DNA of 64,000 nt from Anthoceros angustus (taxonomy: Eukaryota > Plantae > Anthocerotophyta): assembly GCA_010909165.1 (NCBI GenBank), contig VJWM01000172.1, positions 451,777 to 515,776 on the forward strand, given 5' to 3'. Of the stretch, positions 12,861 through 25,870 are shown in pieces; positions within the stretch are counted from its first letter, which is position 1; each line of letters begins with the position of its first letter. The position numbers were made by a program, and so were the translations under genes. Under the pieces are notes generated by a model. It saw nothing but the letters and a program-made list of their open reading frames with translations, did not search any database and was not told where the DNA came from.

Positions 12861-14010
12861 GGTATCCCTCCCAAGAATAAGAAGTTGGTATAAGGGAGCA
12901 CAGGAATGAAGATATCTATGGGAGCAATTGGCTAGATTGTCTATGTTAGCTCGTTGTTGGTAGGATTTCTACTTCCTTTGTGTAGGGATTGTTATCCTCT
13001 TCTCTGCTTCGTGGTCTCTTATGTGCAGCCCTAGTATATATTTGTTGTGGGGATATCTTGTGCCTCTCGATGGGGCTTTAGGAGGTGAAATTCTCTTTTT
13101 ATAAAGCATTAAAAATTTTGGTGTAAAAGTTACTCAACCTTACCCTCTAATGCTCGCACGGCACGAACAATGAGCAGATCGTTGAACAAAGGAACTCGTT
13201 AAGTGCTGCTTAGTCGAATGCTCCAACTCTTGGAATCCCGATAACGGTGGTTGGCGCCCCAGGATGGATGCTAGTACATCTAAAAATCCAGAGAGATAAA
13301 TCAATTCAAGAAGGATCCGGCTGAGCATACTCCTCTTACAATCGATGTCACAACGAGTTATCTCGAATGGCTAATAAGAGGCGGTAATTATCCTAGCTAG
13401 CAAGCTTGTTCAGATGTGTGGCTCGAGTACATGTGGCTCAAAGCATCTCCACAAGCCTTCCGAACCACAAGCATTTCCATGACCTTCCATATCAAGAACC
13501 TTTTGCAAATTCCGACTGTGAGATCGAACATCTTGGATTGCCGTAAAGAAACCAATTCAAGTGCAACATTTACATAGCGACATTTCACAATTGCTTGCTT
13601 GAAGCAAGAGGGACTTCAAAGAAGAGCTTAACTAGTTGCACCTCCACAAGCCTTCGAGGAAAGGCACGCACTTCAGGACCTTCCTCACAAGAAGCGTGTA
13701 AATTCCACTCTTGAGACTAAACATCCTGATTGTTGTGCAACAAACCAATTCAAGTACAACATTTACATAGCGATTGTTCATACTGCTAGCTTGAAGCAAG
13801 AGGTGGACTTCAAAGAAGAGCGAATTGGTTGCACCTACACCCAATTACTACCATTCTACCCTGCAAGCTAAAGATGAAAAGCGTATGCTCGCATGATACA
13901 TCGATGAAGTGGTTGACACCAAACCTTGTTGTCACGAGACATACCTCAACATCCAGCCTCACAAGCTCGCTTACCGCAGCCTATTGCAGCTCTAGGCTTG
14001 GATTTTCAAG

Positions 14011-16232
14011 TTCATCAAGGATTTTGCCAAGAAGGCGGCCTGGACGCAGCTGACCAAGAAGGACATGCCCTTCAATGGACAGAGCCAAGGCATGAAGCCT
14101 TTTAGCTTGAAGGATAGCTTGGTGAGCGTTCAACACTACAACCAGATTGGAAAAACCGTCCATGTACGATGTACCGCTACTTATTGGGACTATCTGCCAA
14201 GGACGAGAAGAAGCGGATCATCCAATTTTCTATTGGCAGCAACTTATGGATCGAGAGAAATTATTCAACCACCGAGAGGGAAGGTCTTAGCATCATATAC
14301 TCTTGTAAGAAGTTTAGACACTACATGCTTGCTTGTGGTGACGCCCATGTCACCATTTTGTGTTAAAGGATTTTAACAAGCCAGATTTATCGTGAAGGAT
14401 TGCTAGGTGGGTCCTGCAAGGCAAGAGTTTGATTTTGATGTAGAAACCAGGCCAAGGAAGCAACATATGAATGCCAATTTTGTTCTCGAAAATTGGAAAA
14501 TGGAAAATGGATTGTGGCCACTGATGACGTCTCCCATTTCCACGAGGAGCTAGTAGCAGAGCGGTTAGGGGAGAGGATCATGAGCAAGTACACATTTGAT
14601 TGAGGCTCAGCAAGAAGAGGCGTGCTGTAAGGACCAAATGTGGAAGGGGTTTTCAGGATTTGGTCACAGGAGGACGATCGAGGAGTTCGAGATGAAGTAA
14701 AGAGCAGCAAAGATAAGGAGGAGCAAGGTATGCTCTTTAAGTGGAAGGGCTGCAAGTGGAGGCCACAACGTTGGCAAAGGATGAGAAACAAACAAGAAAC
14801 GCAATTTGAAGGAAGGAGAGGTGGCACACAAAATGGTGTGCCTCATGAGGAGGTGTACGCTGAGTCTAGAAGTGAGGTAGTTATGGTGGTGTATATAAGA
14901 AGGACTGTGAGAAACCACACCTCAAAGAGTGCTTGCAAGTGGAGCTGCAAGAAAGAGCGCCGATGTGTCCACGGTCGATGGCACGCTGTGAAAACGCAGA
15001 ATGTGAGGAGATCTCACTAGAGCTGCGGGTCTCGCTAGCGACTAGGCAGATAGAGATGAAGAGGGCTGGCGCGCTGAGAGATGAGTGTGTCGATGGGCAG
15101 ACAAGTGCAAGCAGCTGCCCGCAGGAAGGAGCTGGTTTTGCAAGCCAAGTAGAGGGCGAGGTCAGTACACAAAGACCGACATCCCCAGTGGGCAAACTAG
15201 AGGGGACGCGAGGTACCGGGAAGAGGAGGTCGGGCGTGAAGGACTCCCATGTCCACTAGATTTGCTAAACTGAGGGGTAAGATTCTTAGAGCACGGATCA
15301 TGCCTAATGGTTTGTCAAGGAAGGGCGCATGTTGTTCCTTACAAAGCCTTATTGTCTACTTAGATGGGGTCTCATATAAGCTTATCCCATGGGAAGAGGA
15401 GGTCGGGCGTGAAGGACTCCCATGTCCACAGTGTTGCTAAGCGGTGAGGACGAAGATTCTTAGAGCAGGATCATGCCTAATGGTTTGTCAAGGAAGGGCG
15501 TGCTGTTGTTCCTTACAAAGCTGCCTTATTGTCTACGAGATGGGGTCTCATACAAGCTTGGTCCGGATGGGAAGATCCGAGGTTGTTGGAAGAGAAGGAA
15601 GCTACTCTCATCATAGAAGCTTTGCATGCGTAAGAGGCCGAGGCCATTATTTGCAACAAATTAATGAAGGAGATCCTAGATGGTGGTTTTGGTGGGCCAC
15701 TGCAGGGATGTGTGGGATTTTGTCTTGAGGTGTGATGCATTCCAACCAAGTTGGGAGGCCGACTTTGTCAACACAATGGCCTCATACTTATATCCTACCT
15801 TTGGCACCTTCGAGAAGTGGGCTAGACTTTGTGGGTCCCATCGTCACCTACAAATGGACAAGCTGAATATATTTTGGTGGATACGACACTGCACAAAATG
15901 GCGAGACAAGCAACAAGGAAGGATGATGCACCAAGAGGGCAAAGTTTCTCTTTGAGAACATCGTAACTCGGTATGGGTGTCCTTTGAGCGCCGCCGAGGG
16001 AACTCATTTTCTCAACTCGGTGATTGAGTCTTTTACCTCCTACCTCAATATCCTAAATCGAAGACAACTCTCATAATCCCAAGGCAAATGGTTTGACGGA
16101 GAACACGAATGGTTTGTTGTGTACAATCTGACCAAGGTAATCACACCATGTATGATTGGGACACCAAATTGCATTCGCTTTGTGGGCCTACAGAGGGAGA
16201 AGGTGACCACCAAGAAGACTCCTATTATTTAA
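14011..16232 (+). pseudogene. Ty3/Gypsy pol fragment with internal ~175 bp duplication
   Basis: ERNYSTTEREGLSIIYSCKKFRHY; RDVWDFVLRCDAFQ. Confidence 0.9.
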
Positions 16233-16639
16233 TGTACGAAGAGGGGCCTCGATGTCCGTGGTTCAGATCCTCCCCTTCGAATTTCCTCGACCAAACCTCA
16301 ACTCCTCATGAGTTTCGGATGCACAATCTTAATAAAATTTCATTGATCCTATGTCGACTTGTAATATATGGAGGAAGTCGACAAAGACATGGTGTTTGGA
16401 CCCGAGGATGAACAGCGACTCCCGGAGACAGAGATCCCTACGACTGCATCCAATATATCATATCGAGCCACTTGATTTGTGAAATCATTTGAGTAATCCA
16501 CCGATCTATTACAACATCCGAAGACCAAGCGCTTTCAAAATCTCGATCGAATCACTTGAGTTGCCAAAGTATTTGAGTACTCCATTGATCCATCACAAAA
16601 TATGAATGAGCTATGCATTTATAGTTGAAACTTGGGTAA

Positions 16640-17226
16640 ATATAGACTTGAAGATGGTTTTGTTCTCGATGATATATATGAATTATCGATAAGTTTTTTT
16701 ATTTTGTTAGTAAATTATAGTATATTTAATATTGATATTATAACAAAACATCATCATAAACATCACAAAAATATTTCCAAGAGATATTATGTCTCCAGAT
16801 AACGTTGTTTTACCATTAACTTATAGAATTATCAAAAACTATACCAAAGATAGACGTGGAAGATATATTACAAATAACCTTCTCGATCACTAGATAAATC
16901 AACCCGGAAGTAATTTGGCATAAAAGAAGAGAAAAACATAGTAAATATAGAAAGTGGATAAGAGTAAAAGTAATTATTGGGGTAGTTTAGGTAAATATAA
17001 TGGGGCATGATAGAAGCAACAGAATTTCTGAGGTAGGATGGGCATCGAGTAGCTGTGATCACCAAGTGCCCTATAATTCTCGCAAAACTTTGGAAATATT
17101 GTTTGATGTTTATGATGATGTTTTGTTATAATATCAATATGAAATATACTATAATTTACTAACAAAATAAAAAATTATCGATAATTCAATATATCATCGA
17201 GAACAAAACCATCTTCAAGTCTATAT
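16640..17226. repeat. Foldback / MITE-like element
   Basis: Same ~145 bp inverted arms. Confidence 0.9.
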
Positions 17227-17534
17227 ATGTATGGTCCCTACACACAAATCACAAATCTATCTTCATATATCTATTTCAATCTTACTAAAGGATTCTCATT
17301 GTTGTTCATAATGATTCCAAGTTTGTGATCTATGGCTATGATGATGTTTGTGATGCTATCTTGCTTAGCATCAATTTTGTGCAAGATTGCTAAGAGGTAT
17401 TATAACTTTATATGTGTATTCCATGTATTAAAATTCCATTTTAGATATGTATATTATGTTGCTCAACTAGCTAGTTTATGTTGGCCGATGTGTTGTTAAA
17501 CTCGTGGTTGATGTAGAAAAACAAAGGGAATCTT

Positions 17535-17806
17535 GATCACGTACTTCGGTCCCGATCCCCATCCATCTCCCCATTTTCACCTCTAAAGCCGGACTACGAT
17601 TTCCGTCTAGATCCTCATCCATCTCCCCATTTTTACCCTCCGCAGCTTGACACGATTTCCCGGTCCGATCTCATCCATCTCCCCATTTTTCCCTCTCGCA
17701 AAGCCGACCACGACTTGTCCAGATCCTCATCCATCTCCCCATTTTTCCCTCTCGCAGCTGCACTATGTACTTGGGTCCAGATCCTCATCCATCACCCCCA
17801 AATTTT
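17535..17806. repeat. ~60 bp minisatellite, 5 copies
   Basis: Same core repeat. Confidence 0.88.
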
Positions 17807-17850
17807 GGGATCCTTCCCAAGAATAAGAAGTTGGTAAAGAGCACAAGATA

Positions 17851-19890
17851 GGGGTTTGTCTCAACCCCATTTTGGCCCCAACCATCCGTAAATGCACATG
17901 TCTCATTTCACTTTTGATTTGCGAACCCACGCCCATGCATCCGAGCCCAAGGAAGACCTAATGTGCCCACCGTCCGCACAAATGACGGACACCTTTGTAC
18001 CAAGTGGGATGATCATGACTTATGCTCCAAAGAGTGGAGTGCACCGGCGAGACTTATACTCCAAAGAGGTGCAATACACCGGGTTTGGAGAGGTTGCCAA
18101 TACTTGTGTAGGCAAGCACTGCTCAAGTTGCTTGTGCACACTTGCCACCGCACCAACACTCACATCAATTCTCTTTTCAAACCCGTGATTCGAGCAATCC
18201 TGCACGGCAGCATACCGCCGACCCGGCCCCTCCGCGGAGATAAGCCGCACTTAGATCCGCAGATTGCCCCGCAGCGAGAATTGGACAAGGTAAAGGATGG
18301 TGAGGCCTCCTCAACCGCTCTTGATCAAACTCTAGCTTACATTTCTTCTTGTCAAGTCCGCATCGCTTTCAACCTTAATCTATCCATGGGTGGCACATGG
18401 AGCAAGTCGATCTTAAATTCAAAATCGCTAAGCTTGGCTATAGTTCGCCTCTGAACACCTTGCACACGTAGGGCGCCACGGGTATAGATAGTCCTCCTTG
18501 AGCCTCAGAAATACTCACCATTTGGTCAAAACCCCACCGGGCGACTTTCTTTCTTCAGATACTGGCTCACTAGGGCTCGCAGTGGCTGTGCAGATGCTCT
18601 CTTATGCTTGTGTACTACATCCGATGTGCTTTCATTACTCAAGGAAAATCATCTATTCTATTTATTTTCTTTCTCGCAAAACATTGTGAAACATTGTCGC
18701 CTTCAAAAGGTTGGCCATTAGAAACCACCATCATACATGTCAATTTTGGAAAATGTAGCTCATCTAGAAACCAAGGCCTATGCATCTATACGCATCAAAC
18801 TCGAATGAGCGGACATTTGGCGCACCAATCAAAGAGATCCAAATGCAAGTCATCGAAGGGGCACATAGAGTAAGGCCAAAAGGTTTACATGTTGTATACA
18901 AAGCGAATGTGGAATATAACATCAACCAACAAATGATTTTCAAAAATAATATTCATGACTTTACGCCTAGATACCGGATGATTTACAAATTTTTCAAACC
19001 ACTAAAATCAACACTCCATCCTAGTATTGATACGCCTCTAGGTTGCTTAACAAAGGAGTTGTTACAAAGTTTTCAAAGCGCCAAAACAAGCCATCCTAGT
19101 ACTAATCGACCCAAGAGTGCATAACCGAAGTTCTAGCACCAAAGTCAAGCACCCCATCCTAGTACTGATCCGACCCGGTGCTTAACCTTGGAGTTCTTAT
19201 GCCATTGAGTCTATGTGCACCTATCCCAAGGATATTTCTGAGAGACAAACAATAATAGCGCGGACGTCCGGCGCATCCACTCCACCATTTCCATCTCGGA
19301 CGCCCACAAGATTGGGGTCTCAGAAATGCGCCGGACGTCCGGCGCAGTTTAGCAGACTCGCGCCAATGTGCGAACGTCCGCGCATTGTTCCAATTCCTTC
19401 TATGTTTTCACTCTAACAATGGAGATCCCGGGTTGTGTACTCAGTGCACCGACGTCCAGCTACTTTTAGAGTCGTAGTTTGGTCCTCTCGAGATGGCCAT
19501 GATCGCTATCGGTTAATGTTCTTCACAATCGCCGGACGTCCCGTAGCTTGCTTTCGCTTAATTGCTACTTTGGTTGCGCGGACGTCCGCAGCTTTTGGCT
19601 TGCTGGACTAATTTTGTTTGGTTTGCCTACCGCTCACCCCGCTAGGAAGTACTATCGCTCGAAGAGGTGTTTAGGATTCCTAGCACCGTTAAAATCCTTG
19701 AAATCCCTTCCTTGTGAAGGTGAAATCTGAACCTTCTTCGGCTTCAAACCGTAGCGTAAGTATTCACGAGAAAATAACATGGTCAATGTCTTTCAAGACA
19801 TGTCTAAAGAGTGGTTTTGCTAAAGATGATGCATTTTGCCGGGTCATTTTTGGTCTTTAGGGACCCAAACCCTTTAATGGAGAATAACCC
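17851..19890. mobile_element. ~2 kb non-array segment, possibly a non-autonomous DNA transposon (Mutator-like right end)
   Basis: Absent from other units; right end reads GGGTTATTCTCC..GGGTTTGGGTCCCTAAA on - and left end GGGGTTTG (only a 7-8 bp match); clustered GGACGTCC palindromes; no transposase motif recognised. Confidence 0.4.
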
Positions 19891-21020
19891 TCCCAGAGAG
19901 TTGGTATAAGGAGCATGTGAATGAAGATATCTATGGGAACTAATTGGCTAGATTGTTTATGTTAGCTACGGTTGTTGGTAGGATTTCTACTTCCCTTTGT
20001 GTAGGGATTGTTATCCCTTCTTCTCTGCTTCGGTGGTCCGCTGTTCTTATGTGCAGCCCTAGTATATATTTGGGATATGCTTGTGCCTCTCGATGGGGCT
20101 TTAGGAGGTGAAATTCTCTTCTTTTTATAAAGCATTAAAATTTGGTGTAATAAAAGTTACTCTCAACCTTACGGTCTCTAATGCTCACGCATCAAACAAT
20201 GAGCGAGCGTTGATTGAGGTCGTGCATCGTGCTAGTCGAATGCTCCAACTCTTGGAATCCACAATGGTTGCCTAGATGGATGCTAGCACATTCAAAAATG
20301 TGGAGAGATAAATCAATTCAAGAAGGATCCGGCGAGCATACTCTTACAATCGCATGTCACAACGAGTTATCTCGAATGGCTAATAAGAGGCGGTAACTTA
20401 TCCTAGCTAGCAAGCTTGTTCGAGTTCGCGATGTGTGAGTACATGTAGCTCTAGAAGCATCTCCACAAGCCTTCACAACCACAAGCATTTGTGGACCTTC
20501 CATATCAAGAACCTTTTGCGTCGACTCGTGAGATCGAACATCTTGGATTCTTGAGAAACCAATTCAAGTGCAACATTTACATAGCGATTACTCACAATTG
20601 CTTGCTTGAAGCAAGAGCAAGGACTTCAAGAAGAGCTTAACTAGTTGCACCTCCACAAGCCTTCAACCGGAGGCACGCACTTCGGACCTTCCTCAAGAAG
20701 CTTTTGCGATGACTCTTGAGACTAAACATCCGGATTGTTGTGCAACAAACCAATTCAAGTACAACATTTACATAGCGATTGTTCACAATTGCTAGCTTGA
20801 AGCAAGAGCAGGACTTCAAGAAGAGCGAATGGTTGCACCTACACTCCAATTACCGGTCATTCTACCCTCATGTGCAAGCTAAAGATGAATAAAGCGTGTA
20901 TGCTCGCATGATACATCGATGAAGTGGTTGACACCAAACCTTGTTGTCACGAGACATACCTCAACATCCAGTCACAAGTCGCCATGCAGCCTATTGCAGC
21001 CCTAGGCTTGGATTTTCAAG

Positions 21021-23043
21021 TTCATCAAGGATTTTGCCAAGAAGGCGGCCTCGTTGATAGCTTGACCAAGAAGGACATGCCCTTCAAATGGACAGAGCCA
21101 AGGCATGAAGCCTTTCGTTGAAGGATAGCTTGGTGAGCGCACCAACACTACAACCACCGATTAAAAACCGTTCCATGTGTACGTAGATGTGTTGCCACGC
21201 TATTGGGACTATCTTAAGCCGGAAGACGAGAAGCGGATCATCCAATTTTCTAGGGGCAACTTATGGATCCGAGAGAAATTATTCAACCACCGAGGGAAGG
21301 TCTTAGCATCATATACTCTTGTAAGAAGTTTAGACACTACATGCTTGCTAAGGTGACGTTCCATGTCGACCATTTTGTGTTAAAGTACCTTGTGAACAAG
21401 CTAGATTTATCGTGAAGGATTGCTAGGTGGGTCCTGTGCGCAAGAGTTTGATTTTGATGTAGAAACCGGCGAAGCAACATATGAATGCCATTGTCTCGAA
21501 AATTGGAAAATGGAAAATGGATGGCCAGCGACGCCCCATTTACGAGGAGCTAGGAGTTGAGTTAGGGGAGAGGATCATGAGCAAAGTACACATTTGATTG
21601 AGTCAAGAGAGGTGTATGACCAAATGTCTCGTGGAAGGGTTTTGTGCGTGATTTGCCGCAGGAGGACGATCTAGGAGTTCGAGATGAAGTAAAAGCAGCG
21701 CATGGGTGCAAGGAGGAGCAAGGTATGCTCTTTAAGTGGAAGGGCTGCAAGTGGAGGCCACAACGTTGGCAAAAGGATGTGGAGAAACAAATAAGAAATC
21801 GCAATTTGAAGGAAGGAGAGGTGGCACACAAAATGGTGTGCCTCATGAGGAGGTGTGTGCTGGAGTCTAGAAGCGAGGTAGCTCCGCATTGGTGGTGTAT
21901 ATGGAGAAGGATTGTGAGAAACCACACTTAAAAGAGTGCTTGCGTGGAGTGCAAGAAGAGCCGAGTCCACGGTCGATTAAGTGCCGCTGAAAAAGCAATG
22001 TGAGGAGATCGCCAGAGCGCGTCCGGGCTAGTGAGACTAGGCAGCATAGAGATGAAGAGGCGCGATGGCGCCGAGATGAGGTGTCGATGGCCTCGCAGTG
22101 CTGCAGCCGACGCCGCAGAAGGAGCTGGTTTTGCAAGCCAAGTAGAGGCGCAGTGGCCACAGACCGACATCCCCTAGTGGGCAAACTAGAGGGGACGAGG
22201 TACATGGGAAGAGGAGGTCGAGCGTGAAGGACTCCCATGTCCACGATTTGCTAACGGTGAGGTACGAAGATTCTTAGAGCACGGATCATGCCTAATGGTT
22301 TGTCAAGGAAGGGTGCTGTTGTTCCTTACAAACTGCGCCTTATTGTCTACAGATGGGGTCTCATAAGCTTGGTCCGGATGGGAAGATCCAGGTTGTTTGG
22401 AAGAGAAGGAAGCTACTCTCATCATAGAAGCTTTGCATGCGTAAGAGGCCGGAGGCCATTATTTTGTACAAATTACGATGAAGGAGATCCTAGATGCGGG
22501 TTTTGGTGGGCCAGAGGGATGTGTGTGGGATTTTGTTGAGGTGTGATGCATTCCAGCGGGTTGGGAGGCCGACTTTGTCAACACAATGGCCTCATACTTA
22601 TATCCTACCTTTGGCACCTTTCGAGAAGTGGGGCAGACTTTGTGGGTCCCATCAGCCGCCACAAAATGGACAAGGCAATATATTTTGGTGGATACGGACA
22701 TCGCACAAAATGGCAGGCCAAGCAACAAGGAAGGATGATGCACCAAGAGAGTGGCAAAGTTTCTCTTGAGAACATCGAACGGTATGGGTGTCCTTTGGGT
22801 GGCCATGATAGGGGAACTCATTTCTCAACTCGGTGATTGAGTCTTTACCTCCTACCTCAATATCCTGATCGAAAGACAACTCCTTACAATCCCAAGGCAA
22901 ATGGTTTGACGGAGAACACGAATGGTTTGTTGTGTACAATCTTGACCAAGGTAATCACACTCACATGTATGATTGGGACACCATCTGCTTTGTGGGCCTA
23001 CAGATGGAGAAGGTGACCACCAAGAAGACTCCCTATTATTTAA
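21021..23043 (+). pseudogene. Ty3/Gypsy pol fragment
   Basis: LTKKDMPFKWTEP; RCDAFQRVGRPTLSTQWPHTYILPLAPFEKWG; DRGTHF. Confidence 0.9.
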
Positions 23044-23448
23044 CGTCGTAGAAGAGGGGCCCGGGTTCGTTGTTGTATCCTCCCTTCGAATTTCCTTGAC
23101 GTCAAACCTCAACTCCTCATGAGTTTGGATGCACAATCAATACTCTATTGATCCTATCCGACTTGTAATATATGGAGGAAGTCGACCAGCACATGGTGTT
23201 TGACTGGAGGATGAACTACTGGGACTCGTGGAGACATGAGATCCCTACCACCGCATCCAATATATCATATCGAGCCACTTGATTTGTGAAATCATTTGAG
23301 TAATCCACGATCTATTACAACATCCGGAAGACCAAGCGCTTTCAAAATCTCGGATCGAATCACTTGAGTTGCCAAAGTATTTGAGTACTCCATTTGATCC
23401 ATCACAAAATATGAATGAGCTATGCATTTATAGTTGAAACTTGGGTAA

Positions 23449-24044
23449 ATATAGACTTGAAGATGGTTTTGTTCTCGATGATATATTATGAATTATCGAT
23501 AAGTTTTTTATTTTGTTAGTAATTATAGTATATTTAATATTGATATTATAACAAAACATCATCATAAACATCACAAAAATATTTCCAAGAGATATTATGC
23601 ATAATCGGTATAACGTTGTTTTACCATTAACTTATAGAATTATCAAAAACTATACCAAAGATAGACGTGGAAGATATATTACAAATAACCTTCTCGATCA
23701 CTAGATAAAAGAACGGAAGTAATTTGGCATAAAAGAAGGTAAACATAGTAAATATAGAAAGTGGATAAGAGTAAAAGTAATTATTGGGGTAGTTTAGGTA
23801 AATATAATGGGGCATGAAGCAATGAACTCTGAGGTAGGATGGGCACTTAGTAGCGGTGGATCACCGACAAGTGCCCTATAAATTCAGATGTCGCAAAATC
23901 TCTTGGAAATATTGTTTGTGATGTTTATGATGATGTTTTGTTATAATATCAATATGAAATATACTATAATTTACTAACAAAATAAAAAAATTATCGATAA
24001 TTCATAATATATCATCGAGAACAAAACCATCTTCAAGTCTATAT
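23449..24044. repeat. Foldback / MITE-like element
   Basis: Same inverted arms. Confidence 0.92.
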
Positions 24045-24358
24045 ATGTATGGTCCCTACACACAAATCACAAATCTATCTTCATATATCTATTTCAATCT
24101 TACGAAAGGATTCTCATTTTGTTGTCTACAATGATTCCAAGTTTGCGATCTATGGCTATGATGATGTTTGTGATGCTATCTTTGCTTAGCATCAATTTTG
24201 TGTCGCAAGATTGCTAAGAAATTATAATTCTTTTATATGTGTGTATTCCATGTATTAAAATTCCATTTTAGATATGTATATTATGTTGCTCTCAACTAGC
24301 TAGTTTATATTGCATGTGTTGTTAAATCGTGGTTGATGTAGAAAAACAAAGGGAATTC

Positions 24359-24696
24359 GGACTACGTTTCTGGTCCCGATCCCCATCCATCTCCCCATTT
24401 TCACCCTCGCAAAGCCGGACTACGTTTCGGTCTAGATCCTCATCCATCTCCCCATTTTTACCCTCCCAGCCGGACTACGTACTTCCGGTCCGGATCCTCA
24501 TCCATCTCCCCATTTTTCCCTCTGCAGCCGGACTACGTACTTCGGTCCAGATCCTCATCCATCTCCCCATTTTTCCCTCTGCAAAGCCGGACTATGTACT
24601 TCCGGTCCGGATCCTCATCCATCTCCCCATTTTTCCCTCTGCAAAGCCGGACTATGTACTTCTGGTCCAGATCCTCATCCATCACCCCCAAATTTT
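24359..24696. repeat. ~60 bp minisatellite, 6 copies
   Basis: Cleanest copies are exactly 60 bp: ATCCTCATCCATCTCCCCATTTTTCCCTCTGCAAAGCCGGACTATGTACTTCYGGTCCRG. Confidence 0.93.
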
Positions 24697-25307
24697 GGTA
24701 TCCCTCCCAAGAATAAGAAGTTGGTATAAGGGAGCACAGAATGAAGATATCTATGGGAACGCAATTGGCTAGATTGTCTATGTTAGCTCTGGTTGTTGGT
24801 AGGGATTTCTACTTCCCTTTGTGTAGGGATTGTTATCCCTTCTTCTCTGCTTCGGTGGTCTTGCTCTATGTGCAGCCCTAGTATATATTTGTTGTGGGGA
24901 TATGCTTGTGCCTCTCGATGGGGCTTTAGGAGGTGAAATTCTCTTCTTTTATAAAGCATTAAAAATTTTGGTGTAACAAAAGTTACTCTCAACCTTACGG
25001 TCTCTAATGCTCACGACGGCACGAATAATGAGGCGCCGTTGAAGGAACAGTCGTGCATCAGGTCTAGTCGAATGCTCCAACTCTTGGAATCCGACAACGG
25101 TGGTTGGCCCCCGGATGGATGCTAGCACATTCAAAAATCCGGAGAGATAAATCAATTCAAGAAGGATCCGCTTGAGCATACTCCTCTTACAATCGCATGT
25201 CACAACGAGTTATCCGAATGGCTAATAAGAGGCGGTAACTTATCCTAGCTAGCAAGCTTGTTCGAGTTCGCGATGTGTGCCTCGAGTACATGTAGCTCTA
25301 GAAGCAT

Positions 25308-25690
25308 CTCCACAAGCCTTCACGAACCACAAGCATTTCCAGACCTTCCATATCAAGAACCTTTTGCGACTCGGAGATCGAACATCTTGGATTGTCATGC
25401 AAAGAACCAATTCAAGTGCAACATTTACATAGCGATTACTCACAATTGCTTGCTTGAAGCAAGAGGACTTCAAAGAAGAGCTTAACTAGTTGCACCTCCA
25501 CAAGCCTTCGAACCCAGGCACGCACTTCAGGACCTTCCTCGTCAAGAAGCTTTTGCCCGACTCTTGAGACTAAACATCACGGATTGTTGTGCAACAAACC
25601 AATTCAAGTACAACATTTACATAGCGATTGTTCACAATTGCTAGCTTGAAGCAAGAGGACTTCAAAGAAGAGCGTAATTGGTTGCACCTA
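25308..25690. repeat. Diverged ~190 bp direct duplication (representative copy; collapsed in the last unit)
   Basis: AACCAATTCAAGTGCAACATTTACATAGCGATT at ~25405 and AACCAATTCAAGTACAACATTTACATAGCGATT at ~25597. Confidence 0.88.
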
Positions 25691-25870
25691 CACTCCAATT
25701 ACCGTCATTCTACCCTCATGTGCAAGCTAAAGATGAATAAAGCGTGTATGCTGCATGATACATCGATGAAGTGGTTGACACCAAACCTTGTTGTCACGGA
25801 GACATACCTCAACATCCGTTCTCACAAGCTCGCTTATGGCTATGTGCAGCCCTAGGCTTGGATTTTCAAG

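Noticed and set aside
24359-24696. CRISPR-like array (constant ~30 bp repeat with variable ~30 bp spacer)
   Set aside because: The spacers are noisy versions of one sequence (GCAAAGCCGGACTATGTACTTCTGGTCC), there are no cas genes, and the context is eukaryotic TE DNA.
24695-24730. TGGTATC / TGGTATAAG as a tRNA-iMet PBS in each unit
   Set aside because: Only 6-7 nt match, compared with 12 in the real Copia PBS; no gag follows and no LTR could be delimited.
24329-24772. Repetitive ORFs such as ILIHLPIFPSAKPDYVLPVR
   Set aside because: A by-product of a stop-poor 60 bp repeat; the frame is not conserved between units.
25300-25700. LRR-like reading on the - strand (LEGLWRCN..SLKSLLLLQ)
   Set aside because: Stops are shared across units and there is no regular LxxLxLxxC periodicity.
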